From assembly GCA_003693705.1 (NCBI GenBank), contig RBZT01000591.1:10249-74248 (forward strand): a stretch of DNA of 64,000 nt, given 5' to 3'. Of this stretch, positions 39,412-50,826 are shown piece by piece. The stretch is from Polymyxa betae A26-41. Its lineage: Eukaryota; Protista; Endomyxa: Phytomyxea. Each line of letters opens with the position of its first letter. Positions within the stretch are counted from its first letter, which is position 1. A program made the position numbers and the translations under genes. The notes under the pieces are model-generated. The model did not search any database. It saw only the letters and a program-made list of their open reading frames with translations, and had not been told where the DNA came from.

Positions 39412-41420
39412 TCAAAGAAATTGCATAATGGTTGAACAAACAGCATCGATATTTTGCTGATAGCCATGTTTTTTTAGAAGCGACAGAACGTCACGGGTGT
39501 TTGTAGGTTCGCCCTGCGATTTGAATGTGTCTAAACATTTGGAATCGATTTTGACATTGACCTCGTTTTGCCAAGAGCACGACCAGTGGTGAATAATAAA
39601 AGTATGGTCACTACAAAAATGTTCAATGTCTTCAGAAGACGAAAGAAATCTCATCCGATTTGGTAGAGGATAGAGGACGCAGGGCTGCATTATACCAACA
39701 CGGCCGTTAACCAAATCAAGTTCGTCTACAGCTCCGATGACTCGAGAAATCGCCCCAGGACCGGTCTAATAACAACATGAATACCATATTGCAAGCATTT
39801 TCGGAAGGACGTACAGATTCAAGAATATCGAGTCGATTGCCAAGACACAAAGCGTTCAAGCACGACAGAACGACAGGGTGCTTTGGAGAAGCAGCGGCAA
39901 ACGAATTCATAATTTCGACATGACCAGTGCTGCCCAGACCGACAATAACGTTGAATGGAGCTAACAGATTGTCAAGAGGCGCTACACATTCGATATCCAT
40001 ATCTGCATATACACCACCAAACTGGTATAACAGTTCCCATCTCAAAATATCACTACGCTGAACTGGAGTCGTTGCATTCTCGTATAAATCACGGCGAATT
40101 AAATGCAAATCCACGACATCTTGATCTCGCCACAGTTTATACTCAAATTTATCATTGAGCCTGATAAGCGAATCTGCCCTGATGTATGAAGGAAGTTAGA
40201 AGAGTTTTCTTTAAGGAAAAAAATACCATTTGATGAACTTTGGCGGGATATCTCGGTCTCCAAGCCAGATTTGATGAATGATCGACGGAATCGATTGTCG
40301 CCGGTATCCAGGATTGGCTAATTTGTTGTACACGGAAGCGAACTTTTCCAACCATTCTTTATCATGCGGACTATAACGATCAAATTTCGTATTCAAAGGT
40401 GCCGAAAATGCTTCAGGTAACCAGGACTGCTTCTGGGCCACTCGACAACCACTACGACCAGGTTTTCGACGAATCTTGCTCAGAGGATAAGTATAAAGGT
40501 CAGTTTCAGAATGAAGTTTGGCAAATATGTCATCCGGATCGGAATGAGGATCGAAAGCGAACATTTTAAAGCGCTGTAGCGGTTTCTGCCAAGGTTTCGG
40601 GCTCGACGAATAATGCAAAATATTAATTGGAACGTTCTTCCAGTAGGCGGGTGCCGTTCTTGTAAACCATCGCATCGCACGTTGAGCATTGAAGCTAAAT
40701 GGCAGGCGAGCAGCTGGATGTGAGTTTTGATACCAGTCTGTAAAGATCTGGTTCAGATAACCGGTATCTCCACCGTCATACCTGAAAATAATGAGCAACA
40801 AACTTAAAAGTTGGAGTGATAACCGCTTACGAATCAATATCAGCAGCACGACGTAACAGATACGAAAATGTTGATGGACACGGCTAGAAAACAAATCAGC
40901 TTACAGCATGTATAACAAGAAAAAAGAATCCAACCTTAAGCAGCATGACGCCGGCGTTAAAGCAGTCAGGCGGGAAGAAATCAGGAGCAGCTGCAAAATC
41001 AACATGAGTCAACCGAGCGAATTCGGCATCGATGTCAAAATCTGGATTAACAATAGCACAATCGGCGTCGATGTAAAACACGCGATCATAACCAAATTCA
41101 TCCAGCTGCCAAATTCGTAATTTGGTAAAACCACATTGAACCCAGGATTGGACATGAGATCTGTTTGGATTTCGTATAGGATTTACAACGATGATTTCGT
41201 CATAGCCCAGTCGTGCAAGGACCTCCTCATGTTCGACGAGATCCGGTACAATCAGCAGCACTAATGCAGCCTGCAGTCGCTTCCGTAATCGCCTGATCGA
41301 ATGCGATAGAACTGGACATGATAACGGTCAGCACGTCTGAAACGGAATCCTTACCAGAGTACCTTTGACGCCTGGTAAGAAGTCCAACGATGTTATGAGA
41401 CTGACAACAGCATTAGACAT
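39412..41420 (-). CDS. Bifunctional glycosyltransferase: N-terminal GT8 (glycogenin-like) plus C-terminal GT32 (OCH1/SUR1-like), multi-exon
   Basis: GT8: FTKLRIW, YIDAD, FNAGV, DGGDTGYLN, HYSSSPKPW. GT32: IPSIIHQIWLG, RSDILRWELLYQFGGVYADMD, HHWSCSW. Confidence 0.85.
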
Positions 41421-42138
41421 GATATAAGTAACACTACACGACTTCCGTAGAGATAAAAGACGCAATGATTGCATTTATCAGCCAACCTAGAAGCAATTTG
41501 TAGCTCACCAAATGCTACACTTTGCAATGAGCAACATCGCAGTGAACTGACGAAATCCCCAGAAATTATAGTAGTATCTTGAATTGTGGCTTGAAATGTC
41601 TTGTCCATAAAATATCGCTCGGCAAGTTTCGAAGGCCTCGACAACTAGGGACTCTCCTGTATTTGATCGTTGTTCTATCGAGGATTTATTATTACTTAGA
41701 GATTAACAGCAAATGTAATCCAGTCTTACTCTTAGTTGGTCATAAAATGCACATTTTTTGATATTATGAAACATTTTCACTATTTGCACAGGTTTTGTTT
41801 CAGGATTGTCGACCTGAAAGCTACTCAATTAGATTTTTGACAATCGTTGGCAAAGAACCAAAAGCAAAAGACGTCAAAACATCCGGTGTTAGATTAAAAC
41901 CCCGATCCGTTGACAGATTGCGAATCACTGACACAGACATGACTTCCAAAAATGATCAATTATTGACTTCTTTGTGCTGTCGATGGAATCATTCAACCAG
42001 CAAGACGTATTTCAGTGATAAAGTTCAGTCTGCAATTTGGTAATGAAGAACATGTTTGGCGCAGCCCCGTTATCACATACAGTAGATGATGCCTAAATCT
42101 GCTGTATCGTTCAGATCTTCCAGAACGTCTTTGCAGCG

Positions 42139-45100
42139 ATGAAGGAATATCTTTGTGGGACGTTCGAGGTCATGGTCGGCCTCGGAACGTTCCGAAATGT
42201 GGATCTGTTTCGCCAAGGTTTATATGCCTATCGTCTGGCACTCTATACCATCGATGCGTGCAAAGCCCAGCCATCACTTGCTGCTTTATTGGCATGTTTT
42301 GCCAATATACAGACGAGAAATACGGCTGTGTTGGAGATGAACATTCCAGTTGCCGAAAGGGGCATTCCTTATCGGATAGTCAAAGCAGAACGAATTTCGC
42401 AAAGCGACAACCTTTCTGAAGCTCAAGCTGAGTATGTGTACTCTGTCCTATAGTGGCGATGACGTTTGTTCTCACTGTTATGGCTCTGTTTTCGAGATTG
42501 TTTGGAACAAAACAACTTTGTTCGCGCTTCTTTTACGATAGCAGCTGATTTTACTCAGGACTGTGCACGCTCGAGTAGATGCCGATGATGGATTCGGGTT
42601 CAGTCGCGCCTTCCGCATCAAATACAACGATCAAACAGTAGCTTGTCATGATAAGCCCTCTTTCTGCATTCTTACAGCGACCAGGTTGAAATCAATGAGT
42701 CCATCATATTCCGGATCATGCTAGATGTCGCCTCGGTAGGATTTCGCTAATTTTTCACTTGTAGTTACTTGAGTTCGTTTTTGATTGAGGACCGTTCTTT
42801 GAAGGGTTTGTGGTTTCTGATTCCGTTTCTTTGTTATAGAGACCCGATGTATTTCTGGAAATTGGGCTGCTATTCTACGAAATGAATTCAGACGAGTATG
42901 ATGTCAGGCGGCCGATTCCCTCCCACGAAAAATACAGCCTTATCAGTAGACGTTTGTTAAGGTTGACTCGAATGTAAGCTCTGCATCAGTTTCCGTTTAG
43001 TTTGTCTTCATGTTGATAACCATTGCTTTCAGATATGAGGGCTTGAGTGATATGTATCCAATAATAAGCTCCGATAACGCGTTTGCTTCTGTTGATGCTA
43101 CCATCCATTCACAATTGATAGATTTTGGTGTCGATTCATCAAGGTACTAACTACCCTATTACCATTCTTTGTCCCTCTAAATCGGCCAGATCTGGTACTA
43201 TAGCACAGGCCTTATTTCCCCAGCTTAACTTGTTGCTGGCGCAGCAGTGTCCTAATGATGGTATGCTTTACTCTTGAACATTTTCTGCCATTTCCGTTCA
43301 AGCTTTACAGCCCCTCCAGAACGGTTGAAAGATCTCAGGCAAGCGCTCGAAAATGTATGTACAGCCTGTGTGCTTTGGCAAATGATTAATGCTCCAGTGT
43401 AGGAACCAAGATCCGCCAGAATAATTACTGACTGGGTCGCTTCTGCATATCACCATTATACACAATCGCTGTCAGTATTGCGGCTTTTCATTCTTTACGG
43501 ATTGCTGCTTCACTGTTCGCATTGTCTTTTTCATTCACTCTTTAACGTTGGCTGATAGGAATATCGCCTTCAATGAAATTCAATCATTGATCAAGGAATA
43601 TTCTACCCACCTCTCAGAAAAACCAGTATACCAAACTCCTTTCAACTAAGTGATTGAATATTGACATAACGCTTTCAAAGGAAATCCTCGGCCTTTTAAA
43701 GGCCCCGTCTCCTGCTCTTTCTTGCCCTTCTCTTCATGAATTGCTATCTGTATGTTTGCGCTGTGAACTTTGCCGATTTTCATTAACTCTCGGTAATTCA
43801 GACACTGAAGACTCCTGATTTAGATTCTTGTGGCAAGGTCGCCTGGCTTATCAGGGGTCAACTCTCCATAATGGCTTCTGCGGTACTTTAGTAAATTGCT
43901 TTACATCTGAATTCTGCTTGTTCACAAAATCTTTAACTCTTCTGGAACTTCTCTTCATACTAATTTTGCTTCGTTAGATTTTCCAGCTTTGGAATGAGCT
44001 AACTGAATTGTGGCCTTTTGTTGCGACCAAGTTGATTCCCGAACTGTAAGAAGCCTTTCGATAGCTGTTTTAAAAAATTTTAAAAAGTGCAGGCGCCGAA
44101 AGTATTTTTCACTACATCACGATCGATGGGGGAGCTGTATTTTTCGCGAGACGCTACCTTATGACCAACGATGGTGCGCTGCCGACCCCTCAGTGTGCTC
44201 CATCAAGTTTTCCCTTTGAATTTAGCTAAATCTCGTTTTAGTGTGAAGACTCGTCAACGCATATGCTCTGTCGTGCGGTAACTGCTTTCCCTCGCTTGTT
44301 TTGTCAAGATTCTGAACAACTTGTTTGAACAGAAATTCCAATTCCATTTCGGTAATCAGCCGGGCGCCCATTGAAGATATGACCTTGATCAGTAATATGA
44401 ACGACCACGCTGTAGTGTTTGAGCAGTTGTTCTTACCCAAAACTAGCCCTTGCTCATCATTTGCTGTACGAAATTTGTCTTGGTTTCTTGATATTCGATT
44501 TTTTTTATTGCCGATGAGGTGTTCTCGTCTCATTTTAAGCTGATCAGATTACCAGTTACAATCCTGCTCTGGAATGCCATGTCAGTTATTCTTCTCATAG
44601 GAACACCAAGAGTCCTCTAATCAAGACTCTAAGCTAAGAGATATTATTGTGTTTGTTCATGGGTAATTTGTCTTAACCTGGTGGGAAATTTTTTACCCAT
44701 TGCTTAGATATCAAGGATGTAGCTCCGATCTCCGTCTGTTCAAAAACACGCTTTCGGTCATGGAGCCTCAATTACTGCTTCTGTTATCCACTGCGAATGA
44801 ATTCGACACTGAGGGTCAGTATGGCACTCTGACGTCTTTTTTATCAGTATCTGGTTTCCCTTGCTTTATAGATTCTCACTATTTTAACAGACTCGATTGC
44901 AGTGATGGGTGCCCGGTTGGCAATCGAGATCAGCGACTTCGTTCATGTAATCTCAACGTTTAACATCACTTGCCAGTTTTTCTGACTTTTGGTTTCAGAC
45001 CGAAGTGACCTCGCGTCCTACCAGAGTCCTTGGTCGCATTAGCTTCATTTGCCATTCTTTGGGCGGTCTTATTGTAGTAAGTCATCAATATAGTGGATTG

Positions 45101-45900
45101 TCTCAATCGTAACGGATTTCTAGCGAGCCGCTTTAGATCACCCTACATTGACAAAGTTATTGCCTCATATGTACACATATCTTGCTCTCGGCACTCCACA
45201 TCTTGGCTATATCAATGCTAATGCTTTCACTGGAACCGGTAAATCTTTCTCTCTCTCTCTCTCTCTCTCAAAGCGATTTGGATTTTAAATTGATCTTCAT
45301 CAGGTTTGTGGGTATTAAGGCGCATGTCTGGATCTTTGTCATTATCTGAGCTGTCATTGTTGGATTCTCCTGACGATTTATCGCAATCCTATCTATATCG
45401 TCTGTCCCAAGGACGAGGCTTATCCAACTTCCGTAATGTGCTGCTTGTCGCTTCCCACCAAGACACGTATGTCCCAAATTCATCGGCCACCTGCCAGATT
45501 ACCTCTGACACTTCAAAAAAAGGTTTGTTAGTGTCGCTCTCAAAGCTTTCTCTTCTTTACTTAGTTTAAATCTCTGTAACAAATACTGACTCCGGCATGA
45601 CGATAGGAGAATTAGCCAACCGTATGGCTCAAAACATACTACAACATTTGGATGGAGTTAACCTGACCAGATTTCATGTAAACTTTGTTACTGGAAGCGG
45701 GACCTTTTCTCTTGATAACTTAATCGGTAAATTGGATCATTCTCTGAAAGTCTAATAGAGCCAGAAATTGACATCTTGCTCGTTTTTTAGGACGGGCTGC
45801 TCATATATCATTTTTAGATCAACCCTTGTATATACAGATGCTCACTCATGTGTATAGTGATTATTTCACCAGAAACAGGAGAAAATCGAATGACATTTAA
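42139..45900 (+). CDS. FAM135: FAM135-family protein (DUF3657 plus DUF676 lipase-like hydrolase), multi-exon
   Basis: FRNVDLFRQGLY, VFVHGYQGCSSDLRL, SFICHSLGGLIVRAAL, LGTPHLGY, SHQDTYVP, IGRAAHISFLD. Confidence 0.85.
45247..45269 (+). repeat. (TC)n microsatellite in FAM135 intron
   Basis: Run of tctctctc visible in sequence. Confidence 0.8.
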
Positions 45901-47453
45901 TAAACATGTTTATGTCTGTATCCGAATTTTTTTATTTGTCATCCAAAGCAAAGAGATAAAAGCACATCTCTCCATGGATTATAAGTAATTGTAAACAGCA
46001 TACAATCGAAGCTGATACAGAGAAACAAGACTGAAACAATTCATATGAACAGCTTTCTGTTGTATGGTCGTCAAGAAAGTCAACAGCGGGCTCTGAGTGT
46101 AATGCCGTTTAGTCAGTCAATTTCAAGTCTTTCAATCAGTAACCATCATTGGGCTCACACATGCCTCTCCCATCATTTATGTTTATGGCTGACTTGGCCG
46201 ATTTAAGCAACATCGTCTCGTGTTTTCCGTCCAACTCGACAGACTCACATTTGCATCTGCTGACAGTTTACCTTGTAGAGAGAATATTTGGCAATGTAGA
46301 AAGCAGAAAGATTTAGATGAGATATTGGACGATATGGATCACAATGCCATCTGATATGGTCGTTTCGATCGACTATAGCTGTAAGTTTGTGTTCATAGCA
46401 GGTAATGTCGTGATAAGCAGATCGAGTGCCGTCAAACCATAGCTTGAGAACAGCGAGCTGTTTGGCGGTCGTAGATTCCGCTGAGTCAATCTGAGAGGTA
46501 TCGCGAGGAAGATCGGCTGTCTAAAGCGACGGAAGATAGAAAACTTGTTTAAATTATTTACATCATGAAGACACCAGATCTCTTCGTTCATGGCGATGAC
46601 AAGAGATGATTGGTGTCGGTGAGGCCGTAAAGCTTTGCTCAGTACATAACAGCGTTCTTGAACAGATGATGCGTTTAGCGATTGTCTGAGCTAATCCAGC
46701 CGTCATCGTACATCCCAATTACATGCACATAGCTGAATCGCGCCCATACACGCATTCATTAGTGTTAAATAAATGGAAAGAGATGGAAATATATGCAGTA
46801 TGTTTTTTAGAGCAAATGCTGAATGAAATCCTGATTCACATTTCTGGCAAGACGTTGAAGAATGAACTGAATTTCCAAATTGCAGACAGCCAAGATGTCC
46901 TGGAACCCGAAGCCATAACTAGACCTGCAATCCATACAGATATAAATCATCTTTTACCTATCTCTAATATGGAACAATTTCGTAATTCATCTTGAACAGA
47001 ATATTCACTAATATCAAATGCAGGTTATGAAACAGTATCAAATGCCAGATTTTAGTCTGCATCATTCGATTTCAGCCTCTTCGAGGTGCATTTCCAGAAT
47101 GCAGCACCACAACTGGAGGCAGTAACGTGATCACACACTGATCTGGTAACATAAGCTGGAGATGACACTCATTATCTGTTACAGGATCAATCAACTCTGA
47201 ACATAAATCGACGATATAGATCAGATAAGCAACAATCTTCATATTCATAATTATACTTCAAATCTGTGGGTATTACGAGAGATAAGATAACAATAGGATA
47301 GAGGGAAGTCAAGAGATGTCCAGGTCAAGAGATGTCCAAAGCACGGATAATACCCAAGCTACGCTCTGACAACGGGTCATCGCGAGACATCATGTGCAGA
47401 TGGTGCTCAATATCCGAGTCCCTGTAGGATTGGGCGGGTGCCTACCTTACCTA

Positions 47454-47666
47454 TCGAGGCTCTCTTAGGTCCTGCATATAGGGCCGCTTACGATCAACAA
47501 GTATTGATACGGGTGAAATACTGTAAAGCCCCGAAATCGTTAGTAGGGTTCTGGAATCTATTTGGGCAATTTGCCTAAACTTTCCAACCATGCGGTTTGG
47601 AAATAGCACCGCCGGTTGACCGAAAATCAACGAACTAGTCGAATCCAATCTAATCCAATCCAATCC
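47454..47666 (+). repeat. Diverged ~220-bp repeat, left arm (inverted relative to 48373-48584)
   Basis: Ordered blocks TCGAGGCTC, ACGGGTGAA, CCGAAA, CCATGyGG..GGAAAyAGCACC, AAATCAACGAA, (AATCC)n shared with reverse complement of 48373-48584. Confidence 0.65.
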
Positions 47667-47850
47667 ATGGTGCTCGAATATCATTTAAGGAAGTGATAAA
47701 GATGATCAGCACCGTTTATGCAAATATACGTGAGATTGCACCATGACTGCCAACTGATCGATTTGCTCATTCATGAAAGCGATTTGAGAGGGAGAAACCC
47801 TCAATCACCGATGACGACAGACAATGATTAGGATGTTGTAAATATATATT

Positions 47851-48172
47851 AGAGCTGTCCGCAAATAAACAGAAAGATACCTTAGTTTTCATGAAGATAC
47901 CTTCGGACTTATTTTCTGCGGATCTATTTATAGAACTTACCAAATCCATAACGTATGATTTGCGAAAATTAAAATGCACCAAAAAGATACCTTGGCATCT
48001 TGTTAAAAAGATACCTTATTGTCTTCCTCTGTGCCATCTAAAAAGCTCCGTGCGCGGTTAGCGTATCTTTTGAGGGATCTTTGATTTTTCCCTATTTTAC
48101 GGACAAGCAAATGATAGAAGGTATGATTTATTTTTAGATGCGAAAAAGATACGTTTATTTACGGACAGCTCT
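47851..48172. mobile_element. Non-autonomous DNA transposon (MITE), 322 bp
   Basis: 20-bp TIRs AGAGCTGTCCGCAAATAAAC / GTTTATTTACGGACAGCTCT (19/20 match); ATT on both flanks; internal AAGATAC repeats. Confidence 0.85.
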
Positions 48173-48260
48173 ATTATATGTAATCAGTAGCACAAAAGGA
48201 TATTGAAATTAAAACGATCGGATTCGTGCAGCGCCATGAATTATACAATTTCAGGAAACT

Positions 48261-48332
48261 TCCGATATAGTACAGGGGTCAGTATACCAGTCTTTCACAT
48301 TGGAGACCGGGGTTCGAGTCCCCGTATCGGAA
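48261..48332 (+). tRNA. tRNA-Glu (TTC)
   Basis: Acceptor TCCGATA/TATCGGA, anticodon arm CCAGT-CTTTCAC-ATTGG, T-arm CGGGG-TTCGAGT-CCCCG, followed by a T-run. Confidence 0.95.
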
Positions 48333-48335
48333 TTC

Positions 48336-48342
48336 TTTTTTT
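48336..48342 (+). terminator. RNA polymerase III oligo-T terminator
   Basis: TTTTTTT just downstream of tRNA-Glu. Confidence 0.8.
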
Positions 48343-48372
48343 GCTGGAGATCCTCTGAGAGATCGATCTGAA

Positions 48373-48584
48373 ATTGGATTGGATTGGATTTGATTTTCGT
48401 TGATTTGAATCAAGTATCAACAGGTGGGTGCTGTTTCCTTTCCACATGGCCTATAGGACACACATGGTCATAAACGATCAACTATCCATTTTCGGTGCGG
48501 ACATTATTTTTGTTCACCCGTTTAATTCGCTTTAATTTAAATTTTTGTTTAGGGAAGCCAGAATACCCGAGAATCGAGCCTCGA
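48373..48584 (-). repeat. Diverged ~220-bp repeat, right arm, beginning with (ATTGG)3
   Basis: Reverse complement aligns block-wise with 47454-47666. Confidence 0.65.
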
Positions 48585-48839
48585 GACCAGCCTGCTAGCT
48601 CAGTCGTGACGGGAAATTTTCATGCGAATTTCTTACAATGTTTTCGGCTTAATACAAATAAGTTGAATGAGAGATCAAATGAACCCTGCTGAATATAGAT
48701 CAACAATTACAGAAGGCAGCTTGAGTTCCGTCGGAGATCGGTCGCGGTTTGGGCTCGGAGCGGTTGTGAATCGAGATTGTGGCCATGGCCGAATCGGATC
48801 GGTTCCGGCAGTCGCGAATCAGTTTGGGCCTGGGCCAGT

Positions 48840-49310
48840 ATGGATGGCGCCGCTGCTGCGATCATTGATGAGGATCGAGATCGTGACGCGTGGATCATCG
48901 AGATTGTCCATGAGCCGGACCAGGCCCATATTCCGGTCCAGAATGTTGAACGTATCATGCGTCGGGTGTTGCCTAAGAATCATGGAGCTCAGCAATGCAA
49001 GATTGAACGTGATGCCAAGTCTCTGGTCCAGGAATGTGTAAGCGAATTCATCGGGTTTGTCACCGACGACGCCAAGCTCTTCATGGAGGCGAACGGACGC
49101 AAGACCATTACAGGTCCCGATATCGTACTGGCTCTCGAGGACCTGTGGTTCAAGGAATACGCCGATCTGGTTCGTAAGCTGCATTGGCCTGAGACCGGTA
49201 CCACAACATCGGTCAAGAAGCGCAACCGACCGCCACCGCCGCTGGAATCGGCCCAGCAGCAGTTCCCGGGCAGTATGACGTCGCTACTGACTGATATCGG
49301 GAGTCGTTGA
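48840..49310 (+). CDS. NF-YB (CBF-A/HAP3)-like histone-fold protein, intronless, divergent
   Basis: IPVQNVERIMRRVLP..KIERDAKSLVQECVSEFIGFVT..RKTITGPDIVLALEDLWFKEY. Confidence 0.85.
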   Translation: MDGAAAAIIDEDRDRDAWIIEIVHEPDQAHIPVQNVERIMRRVLPKNHGAQQCKIERDAKSLVQECVSEFIGFVTDDAKLFMEANGRKTITGPDIVLALEDLWFKEYADLVRKLHWPETGTTTSVKKRNRPPPPLESAQQQFPGSMTSLLTDIGSR

Positions 49311-49612
49311 CATATTGATGTGTCTTCAGATGCACTGAAGCGCTGGCGAGGTACGACCATGGCAAAAATGGATTTGATGGAGCTCAGGATCGTTATGTAG
49401 GAAGTAGATGTACTGACTCTGCTTGCTCTACCAATGATCAAGGCCATGATCTCGGTATGTTCTAGTTTCTTATTGGAATTTTGTGAATTGAAGATCTGAA
49501 GCTATAACTGTTAGAGGATAGTCAACCCAGAGAGACCATCGCGGAGAGATTCACTCAAGGTAATCGGTTGCCATTTCCAGTCGTCATTTCTTTCACTTCG
49601 TTTGCTGAAAAC

Positions 49613-50705
49613 ATGTCGAAGAACTTCGTTCAGTGAAGACCATCCCTTTGTGTTTTTGTTGTTTCAACAAGGGAAAATGTTCTTTCAATCGGACCTGATT
49701 TGATTATATGCAGTGCTGACTTTACAAGATGTATATGCTGCTTGCAGTAGGCAGCAGCCACACAAGGAGCTCTTGCAATCCCGAGCCAGAACGCCTCCTT
49801 TTATGCGAGCCGATCGTGATGTATTTATGTTGCAGACGGAGATTAATGGGAATGTTGTCCACGATAACGAAGTTAGTCGGGATCCATTGCCCTCAAAAGA
49901 AGACGCTACAACTGTTTCGCTTGTCGATCCCGGATTCTGTAATGTTACCGAGCTAGATCCAAGAACCTGTAATACTACACAGACAGAGGCCAGATTGTAT
50001 AGTTTTACCTCAACAGATCAACGAATCTCTTCATCATCATCAACCGGGTTGCTTCAGTGCGACTTAAACGGCGCCATCGACGATTTTGTGGAAGCATGCG
50101 ATGGCTTTGTGGTTACCAAAACGCTATTTGACGACCCAATGCCGGTTTCGACGTTAACGTCAGGTAGTCTCGGTTTCCCCATTTACAGCAGCAGCAAATC
50201 GCTGCTATTGTTTTGACTGGCCACTATATGTTTTCTGATTCTATTTTGTTCAGTGCTCAGCAGCCCGCAATTGCCAAATTTCCCAAAAAGCGAGATGCTG
50301 AAAACCCAACATCACATCGCAGGTATACATTAGTGCTATATTACCAATTCATCGTGATGGATAACAATACTGAGTAATTTTACAGTAAAGAGCACCGATC
50401 CGTTCGGTGTCGGCTTCGACCCGGATGCATTCAGCTGCTAGGGCAGTCAGAATGTGACCTGAAACCATCTGAAATAAAATAACACACACATCTCCTTGTC
50501 CTTTCTCCCTCTGCATCTAATCCTCTCTCGTACCTTCAATTCAGCACACCGCATCAGGTCCAATCTAGACCTTTCTGACTACGGCAGCATTGCAATTGGA
50601 CCTGTTCCTGTTATGAATTGCCCGACAAGGCAAAGCATGAATGCATCGCATTTATCGGCAGCAAACCGGCAAAGAACAAAGGCAAGAGCCGCGCTTGCGT
50701 CGTAA
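49613..50705 (+). CDS. Hypothetical protein, multi-exon (boundaries uncertain)
   Basis: 167-codon open exon 49713-50216 and several GT-AG intron-like segments; no domain recognised. Confidence 0.4.
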
Positions 50706-50826
50706 TCGTCAACAAGTTTTTCTAAAATTAGTGAAAATGAACGTCCGTTTGCACTGTTTTTATGCCTGATTTATAAGAGAAATATTTATATAAATATTGG
50801 CTTACCGGATAGATATACCAGAACAG

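Noticed and set aside
47308-47338. Direct repeat GTCAAGAGATGTCCA x2 (likewise TATGATTTCCTAAT x2 near 34592-34621)
   Set aside because: Two-copy local duplications without spacers; not CRISPR-like and no functional evidence
48667-49447. Multiple overlapping ORFs around NF-YB
   Set aside because: Expected by-products of high-GC coding sequence; only the histone-fold frame has recognisable homology
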